A stretch of DNA of 64,000 bases from Takakia lepidozioides (Eukaryota; Plantae; Bryophyta), in NCBI GenBank assembly GCA_030704615.1, contig CM060734.1, positions 51,088,001-51,152,000 of the forward strand. Reading direction: 5' to 3'. The notes under the pieces were generated by a model. That model did not search any database, had not been told where the DNA came from, and saw nothing but the letters and a program-made list of their open reading frames with translations. Both the position numbers and the translations under genes were made by a program. Position 1 is the first letter of the stretch. The number at the start of each line of letters is the position of its first letter. Shown here one piece after another: positions 35,393-48,900 of the stretch.

Positions 35393-38300
35393 ATGGCTGT
35401 GGAGTGCAGATGGAACTCCTTCTTTGGCAGGTTCCAGCTCTTCTTGGACTATGCTGTTCAGACAGCAGGGCCTATGTACATTGTTCTTGCCTTTTCCCTA
35501 ATCAGGTAATGATCAGTGTTTCAAGCTTCAACTCTAATTCTTGCGTATTCTGTCCCGCAATCCAGCTGATTGGCTACGTACTTTCTTCATTCTAAGTTGT
35601 AACATGGTGCGACCGCAGACGTTAAATCGTTGGAGACGTAAGTGTCTCCTCGTGATAGGGGATGGCTCATTGTAAGAAGGTAGGCGCAGAAACATAATAT
35701 TAACAAGCTTTCTTAGCTGCAAGTGATAGGCCATTTCTTAAGGCAATTCTTTAGTAAACAAAGCGTGAACACTATTTCTTGTGTAATCTGACGCATTACT
35801 GTAGTCTCAAAATTAAAGTGAGTGTTTCCGTGCATAGCATGTTCAAATGTGTCACTCTCTGGGCTTGCACTTGAGCACTGTCTCTTGAGGAGTTGTGAGG
35901 GAGTTGTGTCAAGGTTTGGTAATTCCTAGCCTTGATATGACATGTAAAGGATCTTCTTCACACTTAATCTGGTATGCAGTACCGAGCCTACCGAATCACC
36001 CTGTGTGAGGGTAGAGCTCAGAATTATGTGCAGAGAGTAGTGTATCTCTTGCAGAATATCCTCTCAATACCATGAAACTGACTACTCTCCTGGTTCTGTG
36101 GTTGCAGCTGTGTAATCTATCTCTTTTTCACGGCAGTGCTTCCAGCTAGCCACAATTTCAACTCTTGGCAAGGCATGGGCCATATATTGATTGCAGGGTG
36201 GCTAACTTTCAATATCTTCTTCAATTATTTGTATTGCATCTATACAGATCCTGGCAATCCACCACCCACAGTTGTAAATTCGGACCCCTATCCCTTCCTA
36301 ATCCCCTATAAGTCATTTTACATGTTTTGTTGTCCTTTTATGTTTGTACAACCTTGAAATTCGACACTCGTGTATTTCCTGTGGAAGGGGAGTTTCCCAG
36401 ACCTACTCATACACAGAAGAGGCTCACAGGTAGCTAGATGCAACAACAGGTTTCTACAGAAATTGGAAGAAGGTTTTCAGTCACAGTGGGAGCTTGTCAT
36501 TATGTAGCCTGAATGAGTTGTTGGGAGGCCAATTGACAAAATGTTATTCTGGCAACATGGAACAAGGGGTTCCTTATCAGACAGTACAGTGAGGAAGAGC
36601 TCTTATTATTTGTGTGTGGATGGTTATTTCGTCAGGATCCAGGGCCAGATTCAAAACCGGTGGTGAGGTATGAGATGGCAGCTGCAGATGAAACCCCTTC
36701 ACCTGCCAGATGGTGCAAACGATGTGAGGCTACTTAAAAACCTGTCTAGTTAACGATGAGTTAAGTTACATTGCATCTGAATGCAGGGGTGCTGTGGTTA
36801 TTGCAATATACATATTGCCTTTGGAAAGGGCTGGAGGAAGGGTCTTTGATATCCTGGAGAAGACATTGTTTCAACATGGTGAACTTTGTGGATCGAAAGT
36901 AATTATTAAATGTTCCTTGTACTTCTGTTTCTTTTTACATCTGTGTTGAAGGATGCCATCAAATAGTGCTTGCGGTGCTACACCTACTATGCATAGCAGC
37001 TTATCAGTGTCCTAAATTTAGAGTGTAAGAGCTTCATAATCAGAACACTTAAGTGCCCCTCGAAACACAGGTGTATGCTTCTCGGCCGGGTACGGCCTGG
37101 GACAGTTATGGTGCAGGGGCCAACATTGCAGTGGAAATTTTGAGTCCTGACATGTGCTGTGGTCCTGTACAGGTCACAAACCAAAGCCTCCAATGACTCA
37201 TCACTGCCATATTTGCAAAAGGTAAGAAATTTGCTTAGCGTCTTCGATAGGAGTCTGCAAGGTAGATCAAATTGAAGGAGTTTCCAGATTTGGAGGAGTT
37301 GCACGTTCAATTTGAGTTTGTGTTTGAGTTTGAGTTTGAGTTGCACGATTATCAGTTCAGTTTGAGTTTGGGTTCGTGCAACTCAAACTCAAACTCAAAC
37401 TCATACTCACTGAACTATAATCGTGCAAATTGAAGGAGTTTCCAGATATTTTTGCATGATTATCCTGTGTCGAGCATGCCAAGCCAGAGCATGCAACTGT
37501 CCATGTTTCGGAGGGGCTGCCCCAAATGCTAGGGATCCACTTGTTACCTTTCTCAGATCATCACTCCATGGGAGCTGCAGGGAATGGCCCATGTAGGCAT
37601 ATTCTAAAGAGGGGGAGACCCCTTCATAGGCGAACAAACATATGCGAAGGGTCACAAGGCTGGCATTTGGTCACAGAGACGTTTATCTGCTCCCACGCCA
37701 AATTCGCCCATTTAGTAGGCTACCTAGTGGGCTACCTAGAAAAGGAGTGAGAGGGTACTGCATTATGAACATTTTTTCTCATACCTATGACCCTAGGGTA
37801 CCTCTGCAAAATCACGTAGCGCCCTTGATATCTTCAATATAGACACACTTCAGTCATATCCATGAAGCTTTTCCAACCTTTTGTTGGCCTGAATGACAGG
37901 TGCATACTGAAGATGGACCATCACTGCCGTATCCTATCTCCTATTTTCCTTCTTTCTACTGTTGGATTCTTGAGGGAAGGAACAGGCTATCTCTTCATTT
38001 TATCGTATTGTGTTGCGGCCTACTCTTTGAGTTTATCCATTTTCTCTCTCTCCCGCTCAAACTGAGCGCGGGGTCAATGGCCACAAGGCTACGGCAAACA
38101 ACGTCTTATGAGTACATTCTTTCTCTCTCTCTCGCTGTTCAAACTGGGCAATCTGAAGACAGTATTCATTTTCTGATACACTGTCCGGGGTTCTCTCACC
38201 AAAGAGACGTTCTCTTCAAATCTATTAAGGGAATTGTGCCTGTACCCCTGTTTACCAACTTTGAAAGTCTCGAGGCTGAGCCAAAAGCCCAGGCCCTCCT

Positions 38301-40970
38301 GAGGCCTAGTTTTTGGGCAAATCACACACATATCTGGAAAACCCGGATTAATTCTTTATATGGAGGTAAGTCTTACTACCAACGTCAGCCCCTGACAGAG
38401 GTAGGTTCTGTCCCTTTTGTTCCCGCTCAAACTGGGCGCGGGGTCAATGGCCACAAGGCTACGGCAAACAACGTCTTATGAGTACAATCTCTCGCTGTTC
38501 AAACTCACCAGAACCCTGCCTGCACATGCATTTCCACATTGTCTACGATGACAGAACTGGCCTGAAAATGATGGATTGTATACATTTGCTTCTGTGAGAC
38601 TTGGTGTTTAACACTGATTGATTCGAGAAGTTATGGTGCTTTTCTTGACACCATGGTAGCTTGGATGCATAACTGCATTGGCTTCTACAATTACCGATTT
38701 TTCTTTGTTTTCTGTACGTACCTGCCTCTCTTCACCTCCCCTTTTGGTGCAGTTTAAATCTCTTTTGTTTTGTTCTCTCGTTGGTTTCGTCCATTGTGAC
38801 TTCTGCATTGTCATCAGTGGTGAAGTTCAACTGATGCAGTTGGATCAGTATGAAGATGCTTTTGTAGCTGTAGGTTCATCACCTTGAAAGAGGACTGTAG
38901 ATACCAAGTCAGCCTGCTGCCTCTCTTGGAGTATCAGTATAATTTTCAAATCACTATTCACTAATGGCAGGATGTGTTGTGATGCTATAACTGCGAGTGG
39001 GAGGATGAAATACTATTAGACTAGTCGTGAGCAATAATCGCCACTGGCCAAAAAGGCCGTGGACTGAGAGAGGCAACAGAAAATAGTAGTCTCGGCCTTG
39101 TTCTTGCTGGTCAGTTGGGATTCTGAATCAGGCCTAGACTCTCTTAACTCAATCAATGAAGCATTATTGACCCATCTGCTGGTTCAGTGTTATACCTGTG
39201 GACAGGTTGCTTGTACACAACTATCATGGCATCTACAACCCTTTTTGGCTCCATCAATGTATGCTTCTACTTCTCATGGAAATATCTCTTTACAGATTCT
39301 GTGCAGTTATCCACAGTAACTGTTCATATGTTCAGCACTTCTGTTCGTGAGAGGCTGAACTTGGGCACTAGGTAGTAGCATACGGAAGACGTGGCGATGT
39401 ATCCCATTCTTTCTTCAGATTTGCAGAACAGAAGTAGTCTGGCATAGTGCTGAGGACAAAATGTTTCAGTGACAAGGTGTCAGTATCAGAAGGTCCCCAT
39501 ATTTGGAAACTAGGATAAAGTCTCTCAACCTTCCATCTCTACAGTTGTACAGCAGTTGCCACCTCCAGATTTGTGAGCTATCCATGCAGGGAGGAAATGG
39601 GTAATGGGCAAGAGAGGGAAAAATATGGGAAAATCTGCTAGCTAGTGCTCATTCGCATTTGGGTTTACTAGACATGAAAATTTTTCCCACCAAACTTCTC
39701 AATGATTTGATGGTCCTTCACATCGAGATTTTCCTCAAACCCTCATAACCTCTAATTATAATAGAATGATTTGAAATTGTCCGCATGTATCTGTTAGGGT
39801 GCGCAGCACTCATTTCACAATCTGTATTGCTTTGGCAGGAGTTGCAGGGAAACAACAGTGTGCTCTTTGCCTTTGTGCTGTCTGTGGCAGTGTTGGGATC
39901 ACTGTCATGTTTGCTTGGGTGGCATGTTTATTTGGTCATGTCTGCACAGGTTTAGTACAAACCCTACTCCCTTCAAAGAATTTTTCAGTTAAGCAGTTTT
40001 TGGCTACCTGTTGTCAGAGCCTTGGATTCTTAGCTGTAGATTTTGCATTACATGTCTGCAGATTGGTCTTTCACGTGTTTGCAAGTTCCAGTCCATACTC
40101 AGCAATTGCACTTTTGTCAAGCTAGAGCAACATTGTTGGTACATGTACCTTACTTTGTGCTCGTGAACTCCAATTGTTGCAGACAACCATAGATTTCTAC
40201 ACCAACCGCCACAGGCGACGTGAGTCACAGCGCATTGGAGAGGTAACCATGTTTCAGTTTGTTTAATTCAGCCCTTCCCACGCAAGTTCTGAGTTTAGAT
40301 ACATAGGGTCTGAGGACAAATAAGATGGGGGCAAATTCCTGTCATTATTAGCCAATCGCTAATCCTCTAGTCGGTATGAACATGTTTAAGCAAGCTCTAA
40401 CACTTCCAGGCACCAAATCATATCCATGCATGTCTCTGTCCTTTTCTGTGCCTTGCATGGGAAGTGAGACCCACCCATGTAGCAAACATCGCAAACTAAC
40501 ACAGTCCTACACCCAGATGGGAGACCTCACCAATTGGAGATGGCCAGCAGCCTTGCTTTCTTGTTCTTTTCCCGTCTAAAATGAGCAGCTGACAAGTTTT
40601 TCTGCCTGACAATCTCTATGCTTGTCTGGGTGTGGAATGGCAGGTATGGCTCAACGAGTTTGATGTGGGCAAGCTGCAAAACCTACGAAATGCGTTTGAT
40701 GTTGGGGGTCGATGTTGGTGGCTGCGGCTATTGCTCCCGACAAATGCACCACCAAAGGGAGACGGCATTTGTTTTCCAACTCGACCCAGAAGTTACGACA
40801 ATACCATGGAACCTTTAATCTCTGGCCATTATAGATCCTCAGTTTTGTACAACATTCCTTCCAGCTCAGTAAAGATACCTAGTACAAGTAGCAATACCCC
40901 CGACAAGGGAAGCAAGTCAAGAGAGAGAACGTTGGGTGAGGGGCCTTGGGGACCACCTGATATGGTATGA
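35393..40970 (+). CDS. DHHC-type protein S-acyltransferase (ZDHHC16/PAT11-like), ~10 exons
   Basis: Spliced Cys-rich domain RWCKRC|HKPKPPMTHHCHICKR|CILKMDHHC|PWMHNCIGFYNYRFF. TM segments are present, with TDPG before the domain and QTTIDF and NEFDVG after it. Confidence 0.93.
37268..37447. repeat. Fold-back (TTTGAG)n/(CTCAAA)n insert flanked by a perfect 22-bp direct repeat
   Basis: CAAATTGAAGGAGTTTCCAGAT occurs at 37268-37289 and 37426-37447. Inverted TTGCACGA/TCGTGCAA segments and hexamer runs lie between. Confidence 0.8.
37929..38659 (+). other. U12-type (minor spliceosome) GT-AG intron
   Basis: The 5' site is GTATCCTAT. A branch-site-like TTCTTGAC (38642-38649) has its A 11 nt upstream of the AG, and there is no polypyrimidine tract. 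The intron splits DHHC|PW. Confidence 0.8.
38051..38505. repeat. ~85-95-bp direct repeats flanking ~275 bp inside the U12 intron
   Basis: TCCCGCTCAAACTG.GCGCGGGGTCAATGGCCACAAGGCTACGGCAAACAACGTCTTATGAGTACA..CTCTCGCTGTTCAAACT occurs at 38051 and 38421. Confidence 0.85.
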
Positions 40971-41202
40971 CTGGCATGTCTCCCCTTTTTAACACTACCT
41001 CACCTATTCATTTGTGTTCGATTCTGAACTGAAACAAGAACATAAAACACACATGGTGATCATGTTGCCTTTCCTCTGTTTGTTGATTTATGCTCAGCAT
41101 TCTTCTCACTACCTGATTTTACAGGACTAAGGCATCGCCTGTGGAGATCGGCTCATCTTTTGAATCGCTTGCTTTACTGCCCCTGTGGTAGTTTATCTCC
41201 AG

Positions 41203-41371
41203 GTAGCCCAGTGGTTGGGTGTTTGTGCCTTGCCTGTGCATAACCTAGGTGATCCTGGGTTCAATCCTTCAACATTTGCCTTCAGACCGTCCATTGGGCC
41301 CTCGATGGCCTGTGTGTTGAGCAGTAGGCTCTGTAAATTCACTGGACGTTAAAGAATCTTTATCTTTATCT
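41203..41371 (+). mobile_element. tRNA-derived SINE with (TTTATC)n tail and target-site duplication
   Basis: A box TAGCCCAGTGG, B box GGTTCAATCC and tail TCTTTATCTTTATC. TTTATCTCCAG is duplicated at 41192-41202 and 41372-41382. Confidence 0.75.
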
Positions 41372-42364
41372 TTTATCTCCAGAAAGACAAGCAGCGGTAA
41401 ATGTGGGTAACCAAGGACATCCCACCTTTCTTTTCACTAAATAGATGAAAAACTGTAGAAATGCTGAAATGCTCTGCAGATGCGCCCATGTGGGGCCGCC
41501 CTCCTTCGGGAAGCACTCAAGACGCAAACAATGGGCTGACGACAGAGAAATTCGCTGTACTTTATTTATTCTTTATTTCGTGTAGAGCACCTGAAATAAT
41601 TTGGAGCTGAATTCTCTGACATGAAGCACTGGGGAAGGCCTCCAATACATACATAGTGCGAGGAGCTGAGCTCTAGGCTCTAGACTCTAGTGCCACTGCG
41701 CTGTGTTGTCGGAGAAGAAATTCAATCATTGGGCCCCTACTGTCAGTCTGAGAGCTGCGAGTCAGCTTCATGGCGGAACATCAAAAGCTGCAGATCATGG
41801 GACAGTGCACCCACAACACGAAGCAGCCTGAAACCACGTGAAGAGAAACGTATCGTGGTAGCGGTAAGTAGGTAGTTGTAGTGGTAGCAGCTAACAAGTT
41901 TCTGTTTGTGGCCAGTAGATGAAACCTGGGATTGTGGATGCAAACCGTTAAGCTCGTGGATGACTTTCGCAGCCGGACAGATGAGCGACGGGCAGCTTTC
42001 TTCACTCATTCTCGTTTGACATATTTTTGTACACTTTTTACTGGAGGTAGGTATATCGGTTTGCACTAGACTTGGGATGGGAGTTGAATGCGCGCTTGCG
42101 AGCCTTGCCGGTACGATCACCGGAGTTAGTGTGGTCGGTAGATACTTATATACATGTAGAAATCAAATTCTGTTGTTGAAGGGAGCTGCGTAGATCAGCT
42201 GGACTACGCTTTACTTGACCAATCTCTCTCTCTATGGAGCTGGAGAAAGGCTAGATGTGACACAGCGACAAGTCCTTTTTCCTCTGGGCTGCATTGCAGC
42301 ACTTCATCTTCTCCACTCAACTGCAGCTGGAACTTGTGTAGGAAGGGAGTGTTGCGTCGGGACA

Positions 42365-44531
42365 ATGGACTCCGGCGCCCTTGTGCATCAGACGGAGGCT
42401 GTCAGCGTTTCGGAGAATAGCGGGAAAGCTGAGGAGACGTTCGGCATCAGCAAGCTTCGGCAGCTATTCTCCGAGCAGAAGCGGTATCTGGACTACTTCT
42501 TCGACCACATTGACTACAACCAGCTCCACGCCTTTACCCAGCTTCTGTTGCAGTGTAAGGGTGTGATCTTCTTCTCGGGAGTGGGGAAGAGTGGATTCAT
42601 TGCCCAGAAGATCTGTCAGACTTTGGTTTCTACAGGGACTAAGTCGGTCTTTCTTTCTCCAACTGATGCACTTCATGGTGACATTGGCATTGTGGGCCCA
42701 GAAGACATTGTGGTGGTGTTCAGTAAGAGTGGAGCTACTGAGGAGCTTGTGAAGCTTGTTCCATGTGCAAGGGCTAAAGGGGCTTATCTTGTGGGAGTCT
42801 CATCCTTTGCTGAGAGCGCATTAGGGAAGCTTTGCGATATGCATGTCTACTTACCACTGGAGAGGGAGCTCTGCCCTTTTGATCTAGCACCTGTGACTTC
42901 GACTGCCATCCAGATGCTGTTTGGAGATACTGTAGCCATAGCCCTTATGCAGGCCAAAAATTTGACTAGGGAGGAGTATGCACTCAATCATCCTGCGGGT
43001 CGCATTGGTAAACGCCTCATTCTAAGGGTAAGTCACATCCTCCTGGAGGTTCTTGAATTGGTCGCCGCTGCAGGACCTTTGATAGTGCTTGGATTTATAT
43101 GTGTAGGCTACCACTAAATGCTCAGGAGGCTTTGGGTGGCAAATTAGGGTGTATCTAATTTAGTAGAAGGAGGTGAGATACTCCAGACTCTACCATGTAC
43201 AAACTGTAATTTGAAGGGGTTCGCTGAATGCCAATGTCACGGTGAAATCGATTGCAGGTCCAAGACAAGATGAAGAAAGGAGCTGAGCTGCCATTATGCA
43301 AGGAGAATGAGAAGGTGATGGAGCAGCTCGTCGAGCTCAGTGCCAAGGGCTGTGGTTGCTTGCTGGTTGTGGATGACCGCAAACGATTGTTAGGGACATT
43401 CACTGACGGCGACCTTCGCCGCTCATTGAACCAGTATGGCGAGAGCATTTTCAAGATGTCAGTCGGGGAACTCTGCAACAGGTACTGTCCACGTCCTGCC
43501 TAGATCCCTTTTTTTTCTTCGTGCCAATGCGGGAAGGCCAGCAAATTTGGTTTTTTGCGGGTGCGCATGACGATGTGCTATTTTGTGTAACCAATTGCCA
43601 CATTAGGAGTGTGTTAAGGAACGGTCGTTATGCTTGCCTTTACTCCATGAGGTAGGTGTTACCCTTTCAAAGAGGGTTGGTTCTTGGAGGAGTTGAGTTT
43701 CCACGAACTGACCACGAGGACCACTTTCCACTGCTAGGACGAGACACGAGACTCCTGAATGTACCCACTTCCATTTCCTTACTACCTTGTAGGATGTGAC
43801 CTTCAATGCTAGGCATCAATCTGCGATTGCGTTAACTAGGTGGGCAAATGCCCAAGTTGTCATCCAGTAGACCTCCACGAGAGGGTTCCATGGCAAGGTC
43901 GTCGTTCGTCGTGGAAAGTGTTAGGAACGTGCATATGATGCCACGGCCAGGGAGAGAGATGCTCCTGATAAAGGCAGCGACAAACTGTCAACAATAATGA
44001 CTGCCGTCAGTGACGCAGTGGCACACAACGCTCCAAAGTTATTAGTCCTCGCCGTTCGACAAACGCGATGGAAGACATGTGTGTCTTTGTCCTTCAGGAC
44101 TGTACTCATGAGTCATCCTCGCAGACCTTAACATGACTGAAGAAATACGGGATCAGTCATTGGGAACTTCGTGAAAGCAATTTTGGGCCGTGGGTTCCTG
44201 GTATGGTATGATGCTATCCGGCTCAACTAATGGCATTGGGGATGTTGATCTTAGCCTTAGCAGTGGGAGATGCCGTCTAGCTCTCTTTCATTTTTTGGAA
44301 AAACAGTTGCAGATTCACTGCCTAAATGTGGAATTACTGAAGTTGTGAGTGTATTCTCTGCCTGGCTGTGATAACAGGTCACCAAGATCAATCTTGTTCA
44401 ACTGCATGGCCTGTGATGCTATGGTGAAGATGGAGCAGGCACCCCCTGTCCAATTTCTACCAATTGTAAACCATGCCAACATCGTTGTGGGTCTGGTAAC
44501 CCTGCATAGCTTAGTATCGGCAGGCTTGTAG
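42365..44531 (+). CDS. SETH3: D-arabinose 5-phosphate isomerase (KpsF/KdsD family, SIS plus CBS domains); exons 42365-43027, 43258-43481, 44378-44531
   Basis: [56 protein letters not shown] and [13 protein letters not shown], with canonical splice sites. Confidence 0.94.
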
Positions 44532-45963
44532 CTTCTCCTAACCCAACGTGCAGATGAAACTTCACTATGCCGGCTCAACTTAACTAGAAGACTGGGGCAT
44601 CCGGAGACAAGCAAGAATAGTGAACGAACCTTGAGAACGGCTCAGATTGGTATCTGGCAGCTTCCAGATGCGCATTCCTCCCCTTGGGTTGTCATTCATT
44701 TGGGACATTAGCACTCGTTGTGTGTACCATACTAGTAGCCTCACAAGACAACTGTGCTAAGACCTTTCCCGCAAGGCATCTTGAACTGTGTATTATATTC
44801 TGCTGATCAGTGCAGTATTTTTTATGGGTTTGTATCTACTTACAGTACAAGATCATTCATTGTGAGCGTAGGTCGAGATGGGCGCTTACTTTTCTAGCTA
44901 GTTCAAAGCTCAGTTAGTCAACATTGCAATCTTGGCGTGTGCCAATTTCAGACTCTTCTCCCCTCTCAAATTTTGGAAATTTTGGTGTGAAAATTGGTTG
45001 TCACACGAAGAACTTCACTACTTACTATGCATCGCCCAATGTTTATGTGATATGAAGAAAATTACCAATATAAAGCAACTGTGTAAAGCTTTGAGGTGAC
45101 TGTACCTAAATGCGGAAGCCACCCCGTTGGGGCGGTCAAGAATCAAGAACCTCTCTAAGTGGAGAAAAGAAAGGGAAATGGAAGGACAACAAAGGAAATC
45201 AAACCGATCTACTGCCTGATGTAGATCAGACAACTAGAAAGGTGGGTCAAAAGAAAGAGCCTTGAGGCTGCTCAGGCCACCATATATGTTTTTTATTTAT
45301 TTAATTTTAGAAAAGGAGATATGTTCATACTCAGAGTTAGGAGGGGATCCCCTGTTTCAAAAAAACAAAAAACAAAAAAAAGGGAGGGGATCAAATGGTA
45401 TAATGTCCATGGGAGATTCCGAATCTGGCTAAGGGTAGTGTTGTCATGGTGGTTGTTGAGCCACCGTAGGCCTTGAGGGGTTAAGAGTGTTTTTAGAAAC
45501 TGCGTGCACAGGAACACCGTAGAGGTATAGTGGAAGCAGCAGACATGGAGAGGCAATTGTAGCCCAGTCGATGATGCCTTCCTTGACATCCCAGCGTCAG
45601 GAGCGTTGCAGTCACAACATACAGGATTGTTATTGATACTACAGAGTTCTCTCTTCGGAATTTTCAGAAGGGTGAGATGCCAAGGGACTATTATAACGAA
45701 TGAGCGTCTGGATGCCTGGATGTGGGAACGTTGGGCGGGGTATTGAGGAGGGCTAGTCCTGGTAAGTTGCTCTGCCGTGGATGCTCATGTTTTTATTTTC
45801 CAGATGGAAGAAAGCAGCTGGGTATTCCGTTGGCTTGCTTTTGGCGAGCACTAGAGGAATTTTCGTTTCTCTAGAGTTGTGGGATTTCCATCCTGGGGAC
45901 AAGGATAGTCAATTGTCTGGCTGTGTGTTCAGGTTTGAAAAGGAGACTTTCAACATCAACGCC

Positions 45964-48900
45964 ATGTGTGGCATTGCATTAGTCTTGTCAGATATTCAAA
46001 TAGAGGGGCATTTAGCTGCTGATGCCGCTATCAAGGCACCAAATTCACCACCACAGGTATAACCTTGTGCCACTTACCCTTTGTAGTATGGAAATGCTGG
46101 TATATTTTAGCAGTGACTTCTCAGCACATTCTCAAAGCTCTATGAGCTTTCCGCGGACGTTATAAAGCACCATTTCATTTCATTTCACATTGTTGAGGAA
46201 TACTCAATCAAGTAATTTCCAGCAAAATGGTGAATCTGCACATGTGGGTGCCAACTCGAGTAAGACTGGGCTCGCTCTTGATCGTCATGTTGTATGTAGG
46301 CTGAATTTCACTGTACCCTGTTTGCTTCTGGTAGCAGACGCAGCTATTTGTTTCCTTTGAAGAATGATTAAGTTCTTGCAGTAGTATTACATATGTGAAT
46401 GCAATTTAGATAGCTCATCGTGTCTATCATTTCTGTATTAAAATAGTATCAAAAGTTAACACCTGGATGTTGTGGGACAGGTGTCCATTGTCACTCGTCC
46501 CACTATCCAGGATCTCTGTGAGGCTTTGAGGCGCAGGGGGCCTGACCACTTAGGCACAGTAACACTGAAGGTGACTCCCAAGGGGTTCTGCAAACATGTT
46601 GAGGTGGAGAATAAAAGCTGTGCAAGAAAGGAAAATGGCTCAGGCAGCAATATTGGAGTCATCCACGACGACATTTACAGCAAATCGAATGGGTCCGATG
46701 AGACTCGAGACTGCGATTGTGTGTCAATGGAGTTTGCTGGGGCTTCTCTACAGCTGCGGGGGGATCATCCGGTGTTTCAGCCCCTAAGGGACTCCCTTGG
46801 CAATTTACTCGTCTACAATGGTAAGAACTGTTGCCTTTGGTTATTTATTGCAATTCAGTAGTACGTCCGTTGTTGGCACTGTCTGACTTACTTTCCCCTG
46901 GGCAGCCCTTGAGACGGCCTTGGGAAATCTTATTAAGGATCTGTGTGCACTCAGATAATTTACAAAAGACCTGCGGGAGTTGAGAGATGCAAGTACTCAG
47001 ACAAATGCATAGACTGTTCTTGAGAAGCAGATAAGCAATGGCACAAATCAGTTGGAGTGGGCACGGTACACCCAACTCTTGGAATTTTCCGTCCTCCTAG
47101 CCGAATTCTGTGCTCTTTGTTGCTCGGTACAGGTGAAGTGTTTGGAGGTCTGCAAGTACGACCAGGCGAGAATGACACAGAGATAGTGATGGCTGCCTTG
47201 AGGAGCTGCTGCACTTGTCCCTGCCATGCCTCCTACAAAATTGGCAACACTTGCAATTGTTCATCAGCACACCAATCAACTCTGCATAAGTCTGTGCCGC
47301 AGATGCTCTCATGCTTGAGAGGCCCTTGGGCTCTCATTTACTGGCAGGTGTGAAAAGGCTTTCTGGAACCAGTTTTATTTTGTGAGAATGCATTTTAACC
47401 AAATAATCCAGAACTAGTGGTTAGTGGAGCTTCTCTTATGGAGAGTTACACACCTGCCATCTAGAATAAACCACCAACGAACTAAGGGCCTTTGAAGACT
47501 CTTAAGCAGAGAGTGGGATCGATTGGTCAATGAAGTTGATTTGGTTGCTGGGCATTTTGTCGGCCACAATATGAGCTCAGCTGAGGCCTCCACAGGCCAC
47601 CTCAGTCATGGAATGTGGATCCCTGTTTTAGGTTCTTGTTAGTCCTGCATGAGGATTCTTTCACAATTGTATCGCATTCTGAGGATGAGGAAAGAGAGTT
47701 GAGATAAGGAGGGAAGTCTTTCACAGCTTGCACTCAGTCATGGTGGGTAGGTAGTGTAACAATTGTTGTCGCTTTTGGACGAGCATCATGGTGGGGTATG
47801 TGGTCGTGTCTCAGGCAGAATCTCACACACTTTGGTTTGGGAGAGATGCGATTGGGCGGCGGAGCCTTCTTTTACATAGACCGTCCTGTCTAGACCCACG
47901 TCTTTTGCTTACTTCCGTTGCCACTGCGGAAAACCCAAGTATGGGAGAGGAGACTAGCCGAGTATCTGGTGCATTTGAGTATTGGGAGGAATTACCATGT
48001 GGGATCCACAGCATTCTATTAGCGACTGGGAAGGGTAAGCACAAAAATTGGCTGAACCCTTTATCAACAAAGGATGGGCCAACTGTTGCATATGTTGGTC
48101 AATTGGAATCTTCTGGAATTGTCACATATCGCCCTTCTATTGGATGGGCAAAACTGCATGATATGGAAGACCATTTATTAAGGAAATTGATTGCCTGGGA
48201 TCGGCAGTTTATTGATCCCCACAAGTTCAAAGAATCCCTTTGTCTTTCCATAGGGGATTTGACAATGAAGGAAGATTCCATATTTTCTTCAGGTAGAGGG
48301 GGTTTGAAAGCTGGAACTGCAGGGTATGAGAACGTTGATAGAGGTGGTGAGGTGGAGAATTGCCTACAGAATGGTTTAAGTACTCAGGGGAGCTCAGAGA
48401 GAGAAGTGAGAGAACCAGTGCAGCGCGTGCTTGGAGTGTTGCGACAAGCTGTGAAGAGGCGAACAAGTGACATTAGAAGACACAGTAAGGTACATGCGCA
48501 TATCGATCACTTGGGGAGGGGGGGAAGGGGTGACACAGTTGCAACTGTTAGTAGGCTCTATGCAGGTTGTCCATGGCATGGCATGCTTTAGTTTTCGGTC
48601 ACAGGAGAGTTTTTTTGTAACCACATTCTGAGCTGCTGAACTATCTGTGAAGATGGCACTGAAAACGGTTTGGAACTAGGGTGTACTCATTTTTGGTGGT
48701 TTTGGGTTTTCACTGCATGAAAAGGAGGAATGGGTTGGATTTGCAGACTATTGTGCGCATTGACCTCTCATGTCCTGTTTTGCTTCAATTGACAAATCAA
48801 ACCACTTGAGAATGAAAAGTTCATTGATTCAATTTCTGGCTTTTGCATTTTGAATTGTCTTGTCTGGGGGCTGGGCACCAGCAGTCAAGTGCTAGTCGTG

